A DNA stretch of 64,000 nt, taken from positions 64,001-128,000 of IMG/VR virus record IMGVR_UViG_3300011862_000001, one strand, 5' to 3'. Source of the stretch: a virus. Its lineage: Duplodnaviria; Caudoviricetes. The notes under the pieces were generated by a model. The model did not search any database. It was not told where the DNA came from and worked only from the letters and a program-made list of their open reading frames with translations. Both the position numbers and the translations under genes were made by a program. How positions within the stretch are numbered: the first letter of the stretch is position 1; each line of letters opens with the position of its first letter. Positions 38,037-48,003 of the stretch are shown here, in pieces.

Positions 38037-40982
38037 TTATTTGCTGTCGGTGTCGTGACGGTTAAACGCCGTCACAATATCGTCGACCAGACCGATACTG
38101 CCGTTGGCTTCAATCGCCAGTTTCTTACCGACGGTGACTTGGGCGGAGTCTTCCACCACGGTGAATAAGCGCATGTCCTGGTCAGGCCCCATGTTGCCAA
38201 GCTCCACGCCGATAATCAGTCCGGTGAGGTTATCGCTAAGCAAACGACCGAGTTCTGTGGCAGAGATGGTGCGATGACTGGACAGGTAGCTGTTGATGAC
38301 CTGCGAGGTCTTTTTCTTAATCACGTTAATCACATCGGTGTTCTGACGGTTAGCCACCGTGAGGTAGTATTTCACCGTGAACTGGTTCTCCGCCGGAATC
38401 GGTGTTACCGTACCGTCTTCAGTACGGGCATCGATATACCCCATGGTGGTAATCGGCACGAAGAACGCTTCCGTACGCTCCAGTAAGTTACCTTGCAGTG
38501 AAGGCATGACGTCGGTTATCTGTTTGACCAGGAACCCAATCACTTCTTCGAGGTACTTTTGCACCTCTTCACTGTTGGCAAACTTATACCGGGCATCGAA
38601 CACCGCCATTTCGCTCCTAAAACGAATGCTACGCGGTTTTGCAATGATAGCCTTGCCATTGCTATCAAACTTCTGCTCACCGGCGTAGTGGGCGATTTCC
38701 TGCACCCCATTGGCATCGAGCTTCGGGTCACCTTTACGGTGCAGGTAGACCAGTTGCACCGGTGGGGTTTGGGTTTCGTCAATCACATACTCCGGCACCC
38801 CGTTGGCATTGGTCTTGATTACGTCGTCGCCCCAGTAGGCCAGCTCATCCTGCTCGTAGAACTCGTAGTTGATGCTGTCGGTTACCGCACGCGCTTTACG
38901 CCAGTAAGCTGATAAGGCTTTACCGAGCTCAAGCTTAAAGACTTCATGGGTAATCCCAATTGCATCACGCGACGGCGGGACAATCACCGTGTCCATATCG
39001 ACCCGTTCGTAATTCTTCGGGTAATAGGCCGTACAGCCGTAGAACACGTTAAAGTCCTGCAACAGTGCCACCGGTACGTCAACCGGGTTAGTCGAGGTGA
39101 TACGGGCATTGGTGAGAACCAGCTCGTCGTTACGGTCAACGTCAAGGTTGGTTTCTAACGGGAATTCCCACACGCGCTCACTGCCTTGCTTGCCGACTAA
39201 TGTACCGTTGATGTAGGCGACATTCTCCCCGTTACGTGGAGTAAAGGAAAGCTGGGCAAACACCTGGTCATCAGAGAGCGCTTGATACGGCGGTTCTGAC
39301 TTCGTGACTGTGCGTAGCACATAGCCCCGTTCGGTCATCAGGATTTGATGGTCAGCAGTGACCACAGACAACTCGGTACTGATGTTGGTGCTGATAAAGC
39401 GTTTGCTGGCAAGCGTTGGCTTATCGAGCTGGTAGATACGCACGTCAATGGCGTTGTTGTTGATATCCAGCACGTAGTGGAACGGGGTGAACAGATACGT
39501 TGCCGCATTGCCTGCCACCACCAGGTCGTTCTTACGCATGGTACGGAACAACTCGGTCATCGTCGCATCAACCGCCAGGGCACTGCCGTCGAACTTATAA
39601 ATGGTTCCCGGCAATACCGTCATGCGGTTATCGTTAATGCGCACCGTTGAGAGCTGTGCTAACTCATCCCAGCTGAAATACAGCGGACTGGTCACTGCAC
39701 CAATTGCTGAGCTCACTTTGGAGAGCGAGGACGCCGGTAGTGGCGTGGACATCAAATACGTACGCGAGGTCACGTAGTCGATAGCATTATACAACGACAA
39801 CCCGTAGTCGTTCGCCACGACCGCTACTTGCTTATCGGTAATCGGTAACTGACGAGCACCGACGGCATTATCTACCACCCGTTGCCGCAACTGCTCAAAG
39901 CTTAGGTTGGTCCGCCCCCCAGTGGTACGTGAGCCTTCTTCGGCAATCAGCTGCACGATAGAGAACGATTTCAACGGCGTCCAATACGAGCCATCCACTT
40001 CGTCGTTCAAATCACGCAGGTTCCAGGAGAACTCATCCAGCGTATACGCGGATAAGTCAATGTCAAGCGGGCCAAGCGTGGTGTAGATATCCAGGCGAAT
40101 CTCACCGGAGACTAAGCCGGTATTGAGATACACCGACGGAATGGTACACAACAGCTGGTTACCGTTGACCTGAATCAAGGCGGTCGCCACATTCGGGTCG
40201 TAGACATCACGACTGTGGGTGTGCTGGATTTCTACCCAACCAGTACCGTTCGGTAAATGCTGCCAGACGCGAGCGTAGTAGAACTTGTTGGTAAAGTCAC
40301 GCACCATCTGAAAGGTGTTGTTACCGGTTGTGGTATCGCTGTGGGATTTCACATCGTACTGCATCACTGGGATATTGATACGTAGTAACAACGACGTGGT
40401 GGTCGGCGAGGAACCGAGTTCCCAGTCCAGGGCGTTGGTGGAAACCGGAGCAATCGGTGATTGGTTCTCGGTAATCCACAACACCTGAAACGCCGGGTTC
40501 TCCGGTGTCCCGTAAGGCAGCACACGAATCTCAATCGGGTATTGAATCGAGAAGGTGTAGCCTGCGACCTTAAACTGGGTGTCACGCGGAATCACTACCT
40601 TACGCACCCCGGCAAACTGCAACGGCATCGCTTTGGCCATCAGCGAGTCGACATCGATAATCAGCTGCAAGCCAGTAGACGCCGGTTGGGCGAAGACGTC
40701 AATGTAGTCGACGTCCGACATGTGACGATATAAGTCGTCCATGTTTTGTGCCATCGAGGGAAACACACGCGGTACGGTAGCACGACAGCCTTCGATGGAA
40801 GCATGGGCCAAGGTTACCCCGGCTTCAGCCAAAAACACCACCGGGTCGGTGGGGTCGAGTAACGTAATGTTGTTGGCGCTGTCCTGCGCTTGACTCAGCT
40901 GGTTTAACAGCAGCGTTTGCATGGCTGCTGGGTTGTGCGCCAGCACCACCAGGTTATTCGAAAGGGTTTGCATGGTATCCAT
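38037..40982 (-). CDS. large virion structural protein, probable baseplate wedge (T4 gp6/baseplate-J-like pattern)
   Basis: 981 aa from ATG 40982 (ATGA overlap); DPVVFLAE N-terminus and GG...FEQLRQR...IT..Q pattern typical of wedge proteins. Confidence 0.65.
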   Translation of the reverse strand: MDTMQTLSNNLVVLAHNPAAMQTLLLNQLSQAQDSANNITLLDPTDPVVFLAEAGVTLAHASIEGCRATVPRVFPSMAQNMDDLYRHMSDVDYIDVFAQPASTGLQLIIDVDSLMAKAMPLQFAGVRKVVIPRDTQFKVAGYTFSIQYPIEIRVLPYGTPENPAFQVLWITENQSPIAPVSTNALDWELGSSPTTTSLLLRINIPVMQYDVKSHSDTTTGNNTFQMVRDFTNKFYYARVWQHLPNGTGWVEIQHTHSRDVYDPNVATALIQVNGNQLLCTIPSVYLNTGLVSGEIRLDIYTTLGPLDIDLSAYTLDEFSWNLRDLNDEVDGSYWTPLKSFSIVQLIAEEGSRTTGGRTNLSFEQLRQRVVDNAVGARQLPITDKQVAVVANDYGLSLYNAIDYVTSRTYLMSTPLPASSLSKVSSAIGAVTSPLYFSWDELAQLSTVRINDNRMTVLPGTIYKFDGSALAVDATMTELFRTMRKNDLVVAGNAATYLFTPFHYVLDINNNAIDVRIYQLDKPTLASKRFISTNISTELSVVTADHQILMTERGYVLRTVTKSEPPYQALSDDQVFAQLSFTPRNGENVAYINGTLVGKQGSERVWEFPLETNLDVDRNDELVLTNARITSTNPVDVPVALLQDFNVFYGCTAYYPKNYERVDMDTVIVPPSRDAIGITHEVFKLELGKALSAYWRKARAVTDSINYEFYEQDELAYWGDDVIKTNANGVPEYVIDETQTPPVQLVYLHRKGDPKLDANGVQEIAHYAGEQKFDSNGKAIIAKPRSIRFRSEMAVFDARYKFANSEEVQKYLEEVIGFLVKQITDVMPSLQGNLLERTEAFFVPITTMGYIDARTEDGTVTPIPAENQFTVKYYLTVANRQNTDVINVIKKKTSQVINSYLSSHRTISATELGRLLSDNLTGLIIGVELGNMGPDQDMRLFTVVEDSAQVTVGKKLAIEANGSIGLVDDIVTAFNRHDTDSK

Positions 40983-42247
40983 CAGATAAGTCCTGCCTTT
41001 TTCATGATACGTTGGAAATCGACCTGGTACACCCACCACGTCAGTTTACGGCGTACCGAATCGATATGCGGATAACCGTAATAGTTAAACAGTGGCAGCG
41101 CCTGAGGCGGTACCTGTATCATCACGTCCTGACCCTGCGGGATAAAATTACCGCTACGCACCGCATCCGCAGTCGGGGCCATGTCCGGGTTGAAATACGA
41201 TACCGTGGCGTTAAACATGTCCATGTACAACGGGTCATCGTAACGGGCCCCGATACACTGCCATTGTAACGAGATGGTGGTGTCATCGTTTAACTGTGGC
41301 TTGGTGTTATCGACCTGCGCCATTTGCCCGGCGTTGTTGTTCATCGGCCAGGCTACACAGGCCGTCCAGAAACGCACGATGTTGCCAAGTGGGTCTAAAC
41401 GCATCCCGTAGATACGAGATTGGTAATCGATACGCCGTTGGATGGAGTTACGCATCTTCGGCATAAAGCGCCCTTCTTTCACACCGGACATGTACTCTAC
41501 CCAGATACTGGCTAAGCGCATCACGGCGTTACCGTAGGGGTTAATCAGCGAGGTAGATAAGCTGTATTGGTAGTTCACCTCGTGGGTGGAATCGACCATG
41601 CCCCACTGTTCGCGCTTGATACCTTCATCCGACATCCAGTTATCAACCGACTCATCAGGCATCCCCGACAGACTGACCAATTGGGTCGAGAGTAATGGTA
41701 TGAATGCTTGCAAGTTATCAAACGGGATATCCGGCATAAATGGTGTACCCAGCCGATTACGGCGACGACCTTTGCTGTCGCGTGGATCATCAGCAAACCC
41801 CAATTCAAAATCGGGGTCAAGGGCGGCCAGCAACGAATAATCCAAAGACGACTTGGGCTGCATGGCCATATTCGAAAAGCGGCGCGAGTTGGCAATATTG
41901 TTATACGTGAGATTGAAGTCGGGTCGGGTAAAGAAGGTCAAGCCACCGTATTCGCGGTTCACCGGAATAGGGTTGTTGGCCATCATATGGTTGAATCCCA
42001 TGAGGGGATTGGTCATCCGCTGCGCAGCGATACCTAAACCGACTGTCATGCGAATTCGGTCCTGCCACGCCGACAACTCGTCTTCCAGCCCCATGCGTGA
42101 GGGCGGTTGAGTGGTCGAATTCCGAGCATCAAAATACCCTGTTAGCTTTGGGACGGCCTCCGCACTAGGGGGGTTCGGGATATCGTAATTGATGTCCGTG
42201 TTCGGATCAAAATTAGGATCGTTCTTTTGTTCAGTCTCGTTACTCAT
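40982..42247 (-). CDS. virion structural protein, tail-tube/baseplate gp48/gp54-like candidate
   Basis: FFTRPDFNL motif and tube-like C-terminal pattern (AWPMN...ISLQWQC); coupled to the wedge gene. Confidence 0.6.
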   Translation of the reverse strand: MSNETEQKNDPNFDPNTDINYDIPNPPSAEAVPKLTGYFDARNSTTQPPSRMGLEDELSAWQDRIRMTVGLGIAAQRMTNPLMGFNHMMANNPIPVNREYGGLTFFTRPDFNLTYNNIANSRRFSNMAMQPKSSLDYSLLAALDPDFELGFADDPRDSKGRRRNRLGTPFMPDIPFDNLQAFIPLLSTQLVSLSGMPDESVDNWMSDEGIKREQWGMVDSTHEVNYQYSLSTSLINPYGNAVMRLASIWVEYMSGVKEGRFMPKMRNSIQRRIDYQSRIYGMRLDPLGNIVRFWTACVAWPMNNNAGQMAQVDNTKPQLNDDTTISLQWQCIGARYDDPLYMDMFNATVSYFNPDMAPTADAVRSGNFIPQGQDVMIQVPPQALPLFNYYGYPHIDSVRRKLTWWVYQVDFQRIMKKAGLI

Positions 42248-42252
42248 TCAAA

Positions 42253-42268
42253 TTTACTCCGGAGTAAA
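42253..42268. promoter_or_regulatory. perfect 16-bp palindrome supplying a GGAG RBS to both divergent genes
   Basis: TTTACTCCGGAGTAAA lies between start codons at 42247 (-) and 42276 (+). Confidence 0.75.
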
Positions 42269-42275
42269 GTACAAA

Positions 42276-43616
42276 ATGGCAGAAAACACATTTGAAACCA
42301 GTGTCGTGTCGATGCTGTCAAAGTTTCCAGACTTGTTTCGGCAACGCGCCGATTCACTGGAAGAGTTTAATCAGATTCTGAACAATGATTACACGACGCT
42401 GATTGAGCAAAATTTGTTAGGGCTTGATTACCTGCCGGGTATTCAGGAAAAACTTCAAATCCTTCTGGCCGGTAACCAACTGACCGCCATTTCACTACTG
42501 GTCGGTGTACCTGAAGTGGATGTGTTGGGTACCCTCGACCAAATTTCCACTCGCCGTAATGCAGCCGATGCTGCTGCCCGTTCGGGCGCACGTTTGGGTA
42601 AAATGGTAGCGGGTGAAAGTCGTGGCCGGTTTGGTTTGCCGTCATACGATAACCTTGCCATCGCCGTAGGCGAATCTCGCCGTCCAGGTGGTCGTGGTGG
42701 GAACTTCCAGGGCAACAACGCCCGCTATGAAGATTTCTCCTCGGTCGGCAATGACACCAATATCAACAGCAACAACGACAGCAGCCGTGTTGACAACCGT
42801 GTTGATAATCGCGTGACCAACCGTAACCAGACCAACACCCACAACCAGACGTATAACAACAGCGATAACCATTCGGTGATTAACAACAACTACGACAGCA
42901 AAGCGGGCAAAGTTAGCTCCACGCTGCCGCAGAACTTCCCGAAAATGCTGGCGGAGCAAGAAGGCTTGTCACAAGGCAAACACTTCACCGCAACGTTTGA
43001 GCGTAATGGTAATAAGGTGGAAATCCCGATGCGTGTGCGTCTGGATGTCAAATCCGTGTCAAGCGAAGTGATTGCAACCCTGATTGCCTTTAGCGACCAG
43101 AACAAAGACCTTTGGGAACGCTACCTGCGTTTGCAATATAAAGGTGGTCGTAAGGGTTCGTTCATCGACAAAATTGCCGCTGCTAAAGACGTGGCGTTCT
43201 CCAACGACCTGATGGAAGAGTACCGTAAGAATCGCTATCGCGATAAGTCCGGCTACTACACCAAGATGATGGAGAAGCGCAATGGTAACTGGCTGTCTGG
43301 CCTGCTGACCCTGTCCCCGTCTATCAACAACGCCTCCGGTGTGATGATTGTTTCCCAGGAAACCATCGACGGCCTGGAAGCGCAGCTCGGTGGAAGCTTT
43401 GACGACTTCAACGTGCGTCAACGTGTGTTCAAAGACACCTTGACCGTGTACTACGTCGTGGTTGATACCACCTGGAACCGCGTTACCATTTATACCCGTG
43501 GTATGAACGGTTCGCAGGAGCTGAGCAAAGACGACTTCTCTAAATCTAAAGCCGGTAGTGCCGATGTCAACAAAGTCATCGAAGCTTACCGCGCTGGCGC
43601 ACAACCGGTTCTCTAA
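42276..43616 (+). CDS. internal head protein (phiKZ gp89-like by position) with Asn-rich insertion
   Basis: AGE|S and VGE|S sites; N/D-rich tract with RVDN repeats. Confidence 0.65.
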   Translation: MAENTFETSVVSMLSKFPDLFRQRADSLEEFNQILNNDYTTLIEQNLLGLDYLPGIQEKLQILLAGNQLTAISLLVGVPEVDVLGTLDQISTRRNAADAAARSGARLGKMVAGESRGRFGLPSYDNLAIAVGESRRPGGRGGNFQGNNARYEDFSSVGNDTNINSNNDSSRVDNRVDNRVTNRNQTNTHNQTYNNSDNHSVINNNYDSKAGKVSSTLPQNFPKMLAEQEGLSQGKHFTATFERNGNKVEIPMRVRLDVKSVSSEVIATLIAFSDQNKDLWERYLRLQYKGGRKGSFIDKIAAAKDVAFSNDLMEEYRKNRYRDKSGYYTKMMEKRNGNWLSGLLTLSPSINNASGVMIVSQETIDGLEAQLGGSFDDFNVRQRVFKDTLTVYYVVVDTTWNRVTIYTRGMNGSQELSKDDFSKSKAGSADVNKVIEAYRAGAQPVL

Positions 43617-43628
43617 GGGGTTACGCGA

Positions 43629-44564
43629 ATGGCTATTCCGAATATGCTGGCGATGTTACTGCCAAGCTTTGAAGCTACCAACCTGAAGAACACGCTGTCT
43701 TCGAACTGCGATGCCATCGGGGAAATGTTACTGCCGCAGTACCAGAACCTGCAAGAGCTGGTTGGTACCGTGCAAGGTAAGAAGTTCAATTCCAAGACTG
43801 TTCAGGAAATGAACGATTCGCTAGTGAAATACCTGCGTGAAACCAAACTGGAACACAAAGCGTTACGTGAGCCGAGCGTGCTGGAGTTTATCATCGCTGC
43901 GATGGAAAACACGCTGGCACTGCGCCCGTTCCTGGAACAGTGCATCAACCGTGACGTCGGTAAAACTATCGTCACCGCGTCGATGACGTTCAACAAACAG
44001 ACCCTGTTGCAAATCCTGGACTTGTTGGACTTCTTCACTATTTATAGCGCAACGCTGCTGAACTTCATTACCGCAGAAGAGCTGGCCTCGGTACAGGACT
44101 CCAACATCAAAGCGCAGGGCGTTGGCCCGAACGACCTGGTGTTCTTGAATACCCGCATCGTGACCTTTGGTATCGCGTTACGTGTCCTGGCAACGCCTGC
44201 CAACAAGCTGAAAGCCGACTACGGTGAAATCCCGGATGCCGTATTCAGTGAAGACACCTATAACGAGCTCGTCAGCGCGTTCGGTGTGAAAGCGACTGAC
44301 CCGTTAGGGCTGTCTGCCGTCCCGTTCCCGCTGTCGATTGTTTTCCGTGTCAAGCTGGCGTGGGCCGAATACCAGATGGACAAATACGACGAGTGCGTCG
44401 AAGCCGCGAAAGCCGCTGAACTGCGCGTGCTGTTGTATAAAAAGCAGCTGGCAGAGAAAGGCGGTGATGCGGCGTTAGAGAAACTCATCGAGCGTCACGA
44501 AAAACGCCTGATGGAACTCAAATACAAGCGCGAGCGTTTGGAGAAGAAGTACAAACTCGACTAA
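43629..44564 (+). CDS. internal head protein (phiKZ gp90-like by position)
   Basis: In the head-protein operon; C-terminal coiled coil. Confidence 0.65.
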   Translation: MAIPNMLAMLLPSFEATNLKNTLSSNCDAIGEMLLPQYQNLQELVGTVQGKKFNSKTVQEMNDSLVKYLRETKLEHKALREPSVLEFIIAAMENTLALRPFLEQCINRDVGKTIVTASMTFNKQTLLQILDLLDFFTIYSATLLNFITAEELASVQDSNIKAQGVGPNDLVFLNTRIVTFGIALRVLATPANKLKADYGEIPDAVFSEDTYNELVSAFGVKATDPLGLSAVPFPLSIVFRVKLAWAEYQMDKYDECVEAAKAAELRVLLYKKQLAEKGGDAALEKLIERHEKRLMELKYKRERLEKKYKLD

Positions 44565-44582
44565 ACGCCGCAGGAGTGCACG

Positions 44583-45146
44583 ATGCAACAAACTATCAAC
44601 AACCCGGACTTTAACCAGGCGGAGCGTATTTTAAAGGCGTATATGGACATGCTCAACGAGAACCCGGTATTGGTTCACGATGATGAGATTATCCATAACA
44701 CCCTGCCTGCGGTGGCCATTGTGTTGCCCTATTTCCGCTTAGTGGCGGCTGAGAGTGTGCAACAGGTATTATATGACGAATATCCGCAAATCGGTTTTAC
44801 GTTCAATACCTTTTACAACGAAACGGTGGCCTTTCTACTCGACGGTAAACGTCGTACCATCAGCGTTGGTACCTTTTCGGTCTTGATGTCAACGTATATG
44901 CGTGACGTTCAGGGAACAAAGTACGTGGCTGAAGCAGGCAGTATTGGGGCACGCATGGTAAATGCCGCCTTTGGTAAGTCAGGTCAGGTTCGCTCGATGG
45001 GTAAAGCTATTCAATCGATGCAGCCAGATTTGCGCCTATTATCATATGCAGACCACGAACTGCTGGCACGGTGGATGACGCGTACTAACGGATTGTCCGA
45101 TATGATTACGTCGTTGGCAGTGTTCTTGAAAATCGCACGTCCCTAA
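44583..45146 (+). CDS. head-associated protein candidate
   Basis: AGGAG RBS; AAE|S site; in operon. Confidence 0.65.
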   Translation: MQQTINNPDFNQAERILKAYMDMLNENPVLVHDDEIIHNTLPAVAIVLPYFRLVAAESVQQVLYDEYPQIGFTFNTFYNETVAFLLDGKRRTISVGTFSVLMSTYMRDVQGTKYVAEAGSIGARMVNAAFGKSGQVRSMGKAIQSMQPDLRLLSYADHELLARWMTRTNGLSDMITSLAVFLKIARP

Positions 45147-45202
45147 GGGGGCCCCTTTCTAGGGGCGTGTAATTCGGTTATAACCAAACAGGAAATAAGT
45201 AA

Positions 45203-46471
45203 ATGGCAAATTTTGCACAACGTAAAATCGCCCGCGAATCCATCGAGGGTAACCCGAGCGAAATCGACGGCCTGAGCAACATCGAATCAGGCGAAGAGAA
45301 CCTGGACACTCAACTGGCTGAAATGACGTCAGAAGATGCCCAGCTGGAACAACTCGAAGGCGACGGTGCTACCCTGACCTCCGATATCGAACGTACCGAA
45401 GCGGCCGTAGGCGCAGCTGATGAAGCCGTTGCTAACGGTGACGAACTGAGCGAAGAATCCATTGCGCACACCGAAGTGGCGCAGGAATCTATCCGTCGTC
45501 GTTGGGGCCTGGACGTGCGCAAAGTAGCACGCGAATCCTACCGTCGTAGCCGTGGCATGACCAAAGCTGCTGGCGAAGGCTGGAAAGAAACCCTGCAAGG
45601 CCTGTGGGATCGTTTCATTGAGTTCGTGAACTCTGTGATTGCTAAAATCAAAGATATCAAACTCAAGTACATCAACGTCGGTAAATCTGCACAGAAACGT
45701 GCTAAGAAATACCAAGAAGCCATTCGCTCTCTGACTAAGAAAGAGAAAGACGAAATCGGTGGTAGCTGGATTTCCAAACTCTCCATCGAAGGTAAGTTTA
45801 ACCTGGACGCTTCTGTCGCTGCTGCGAAAGACGTGACCGCAGGTAAAGCGAAAGCTGCTGTTGCTGCGATGCAGCACCAGGCTGGCGAAGTTGTGGCGAT
45901 GGTTACCAAAACGGCTGACGGCGAAGTTGAAGCATTCAACTTTGGCGTTGAGAAAGTTGAGCTGTTTGGTACCACTGCAACTAAACTTCAGAACCTGCCA
46001 GGTTTCGAAGATGGTGATGGCCAGAAACTGTCCGCTCTGCCGGGCAACGCCTACATCCAGTCCGGTACTAAAACCAACCACGGCCACCAACTGGTTGCGA
46101 TTGCGTTTATGTCTACTGGCGACAGCTCCGATGAGAAGACCATCCCGACGCCGGAAACCGGCAAACTGCAATCTGCCGCTTCTGCGCTGGATGCTATCGG
46201 TAAAGGCTTCGAAAAAGTGCTGATGGACTTCCGTGCTTACGACTCAGAAGTTGATAAGCTGTCTCGTGCTGCTCAGAAAGCGAAAGCTGCGCTGTCTAAA
46301 GCGTCTGACAACAATGCACAAGACGAGCTGGGTGCCGCTCGCGGTGCTGCTGATCAGGCTGTGAAGAACTACCAGAACCTGCATCGTGCAGTGTCCTACG
46401 TTGCTAACACCGTTATCTCTGGCCTGAACGGCTATATCGGTGCTGGTATCGGCGCTTACAGCAAGAAATAA
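45203..46471 (+). CDS. abundant internal head/ejection protein, paralog 1 (SPN3US gp53 / phiKZ gp93 family)
   Basis: Acidic propeptide with repeated ARE|S, AQE|S and AGE sites; strong codon bias; paralogous to 46547-47842. Confidence 0.8.
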   Translation: MANFAQRKIARESIEGNPSEIDGLSNIESGEENLDTQLAEMTSEDAQLEQLEGDGATLTSDIERTEAAVGAADEAVANGDELSEESIAHTEVAQESIRRRWGLDVRKVARESYRRSRGMTKAAGEGWKETLQGLWDRFIEFVNSVIAKIKDIKLKYINVGKSAQKRAKKYQEAIRSLTKKEKDEIGGSWISKLSIEGKFNLDASVAAAKDVTAGKAKAAVAAMQHQAGEVVAMVTKTADGEVEAFNFGVEKVELFGTTATKLQNLPGFEDGDGQKLSALPGNAYIQSGTKTNHGHQLVAIAFMSTGDSSDEKTIPTPETGKLQSAASALDAIGKGFEKVLMDFRAYDSEVDKLSRAAQKAKAALSKASDNNAQDELGAARGAADQAVKNYQNLHRAVSYVANTVISGLNGYIGAGIGAYSKK

Positions 46472-46546
46472 TCGTCTGTCTCGTTGACGTTCGGTTTGTA
46501 ATCATGTAAAGCGGGGCAGCAAGCCCCGCTTAGAGGAAGAGATCAA

Positions 46547-47842
46547 ATGGCAAATTTTGCACAACGTAAAATCGCTCGTGAGTCCATCGAAGGCACCGGT
46601 ACTGTAGTTCCGGATGGCCTGGAACTGCCGGCGGAATCCGTAGAAGGTATTCTGGCCGAGCTGGCTCAGGACGAAAAAGAAATCGACCAGCACGATGCTG
46701 AAGGCGATGTACTGGCGGAAGACGTCACTGAAACCGAAGAGCAGTTTGATGCGGTTGGCGAAGCCGATGCTGCTGCAAACGGCGAAGGCGGTGATGACGC
46801 CATGGACGCGGAAGAAGACATGCCTGACGAAGCAGCCGCAGCGCTGGACGTGGCACAAGAATCTATCCGCCGTCGTTGGGGCTTCGATCACCGCGTAAGC
46901 GTTGCTCGTGAATCCTACGGTTCTCGCAACCGCCGTAAAGTGGCGCGTGAGTCCCTGTGGGATGACATCAAGGCATTCTTCAAACGTATTTGGGAATGGC
47001 TGAAAGAGCAAGGCCGCAAAGTGAAAGACCGCTGGCTGAAATTCAGCAACCAGGGTAAATCGATTCAGAAACGCTCTAAGCAGTATGGCGAACTGATCAA
47101 GAAACTGGGCAAAGTGAAAACCGGCAAAGAAGAGATCAAAGGCGGCTTCATTAAAGCTCTGTCTATTGGCGGTAAGTTCATCGGTGATAACGTCACTGAG
47201 CTGAAAAACACCGTTGAGCTGGCAAGCGAAGCTCAGAAAGTACAGGCTGGCTTCCTGGAAGACATGACCAAAGTTGCTGATAACGTTGAACGTTCTATCG
47301 CTGACTCTGCTGGTCATCAGGCTGCTGCCGGTTCTGCTGCCTTGTTTGAACACACCGGTCTGGTTAAAGACCTGCACGACATGGCTGGCGAAGAAGAAAT
47401 TCTTGGCAACATGGTCGGTAAAGTCGAAGTTAGTGGCGAAGGCGAAGACATCTCTGTTAGCGCGTCTGCTGTAGAAAGCGAACGTGATGTTGCAAGCGAA
47501 GTCAAAACGCCGACCACTGCGGTGCTGACTGCTGTGAACGGCTACTACAACCAACTCGGTAAAGATATCGAGAAGTTTGTACAGGCGTACCAGAAAAACA
47601 ACCAGCTGCGTGAGAAATACGAAAAAGGTCTTGAGAAGATCATTAAACGTCTGGATAACATCAAGGTCGAAGGTATGGACCCTGACTTGTCCAAACTGAT
47701 TCGTGTTACTCGTCGTTTCATCACGGCTACCCAGTCCGCGATGAGCGCTGCTGAGCGTCAGACTGCAACGATCACTAAAAATGCGATCGCTGGTATCAAC
47801 GGCTACCTGCAAGCAGGTATCGCTGCGTACGAGAAGAAATAA
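46547..47842 (+). CDS. abundant internal head/ejection protein, paralog 2 (SPN3US gp54 family)
   Basis: Same N-terminus MANFAQRKIARESIEG, shared AQESIRRRWG and G(L/I)NGY..AGI.AY.KK end. Confidence 0.8.
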   Translation: MANFAQRKIARESIEGTGTVVPDGLELPAESVEGILAELAQDEKEIDQHDAEGDVLAEDVTETEEQFDAVGEADAAANGEGGDDAMDAEEDMPDEAAAALDVAQESIRRRWGFDHRVSVARESYGSRNRRKVARESLWDDIKAFFKRIWEWLKEQGRKVKDRWLKFSNQGKSIQKRSKQYGELIKKLGKVKTGKEEIKGGFIKALSIGGKFIGDNVTELKNTVELASEAQKVQAGFLEDMTKVADNVERSIADSAGHQAAAGSAALFEHTGLVKDLHDMAGEEEILGNMVGKVEVSGEGEDISVSASAVESERDVASEVKTPTTAVLTAVNGYYNQLGKDIEKFVQAYQKNNQLREKYEKGLEKIIKRLDNIKVEGMDPDLSKLIRVTRRFITATQSAMSAAERQTATITKNAIAGINGYLQAGIAAYEKK

Positions 47843-47858
47843 TTCTTGTCGTGGAATC

Positions 47859-47898
47859 CCCCTCTCTTCGGAGAGGGGATTTTCCTTTTTTATTTTTT
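47859..47898 (+). terminator. intrinsic terminator
   Basis: CCCCTCTC-TTCG-GAGAGGGG and T-rich tail. Confidence 0.88.
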
Positions 47899-47904
47899 CT
47901 AAGT

Positions 47905-47937
47905 GAAAAACTTTTGAGATATATGTTACCAAGGTGA
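47905..47937 (+). promoter_or_regulatory. early promoter for the DHFR operon
   Basis: AAAAA...GAGATA-TATGTTAC-N4-GTGA. Confidence 0.7.
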
Positions 47938-48003
47938 AGTAGTTCTCTACTTTTTTACGTCACCGCCTTAAACATATGGCTGACCCCCGAAGGAGAATCA
48001 TTT

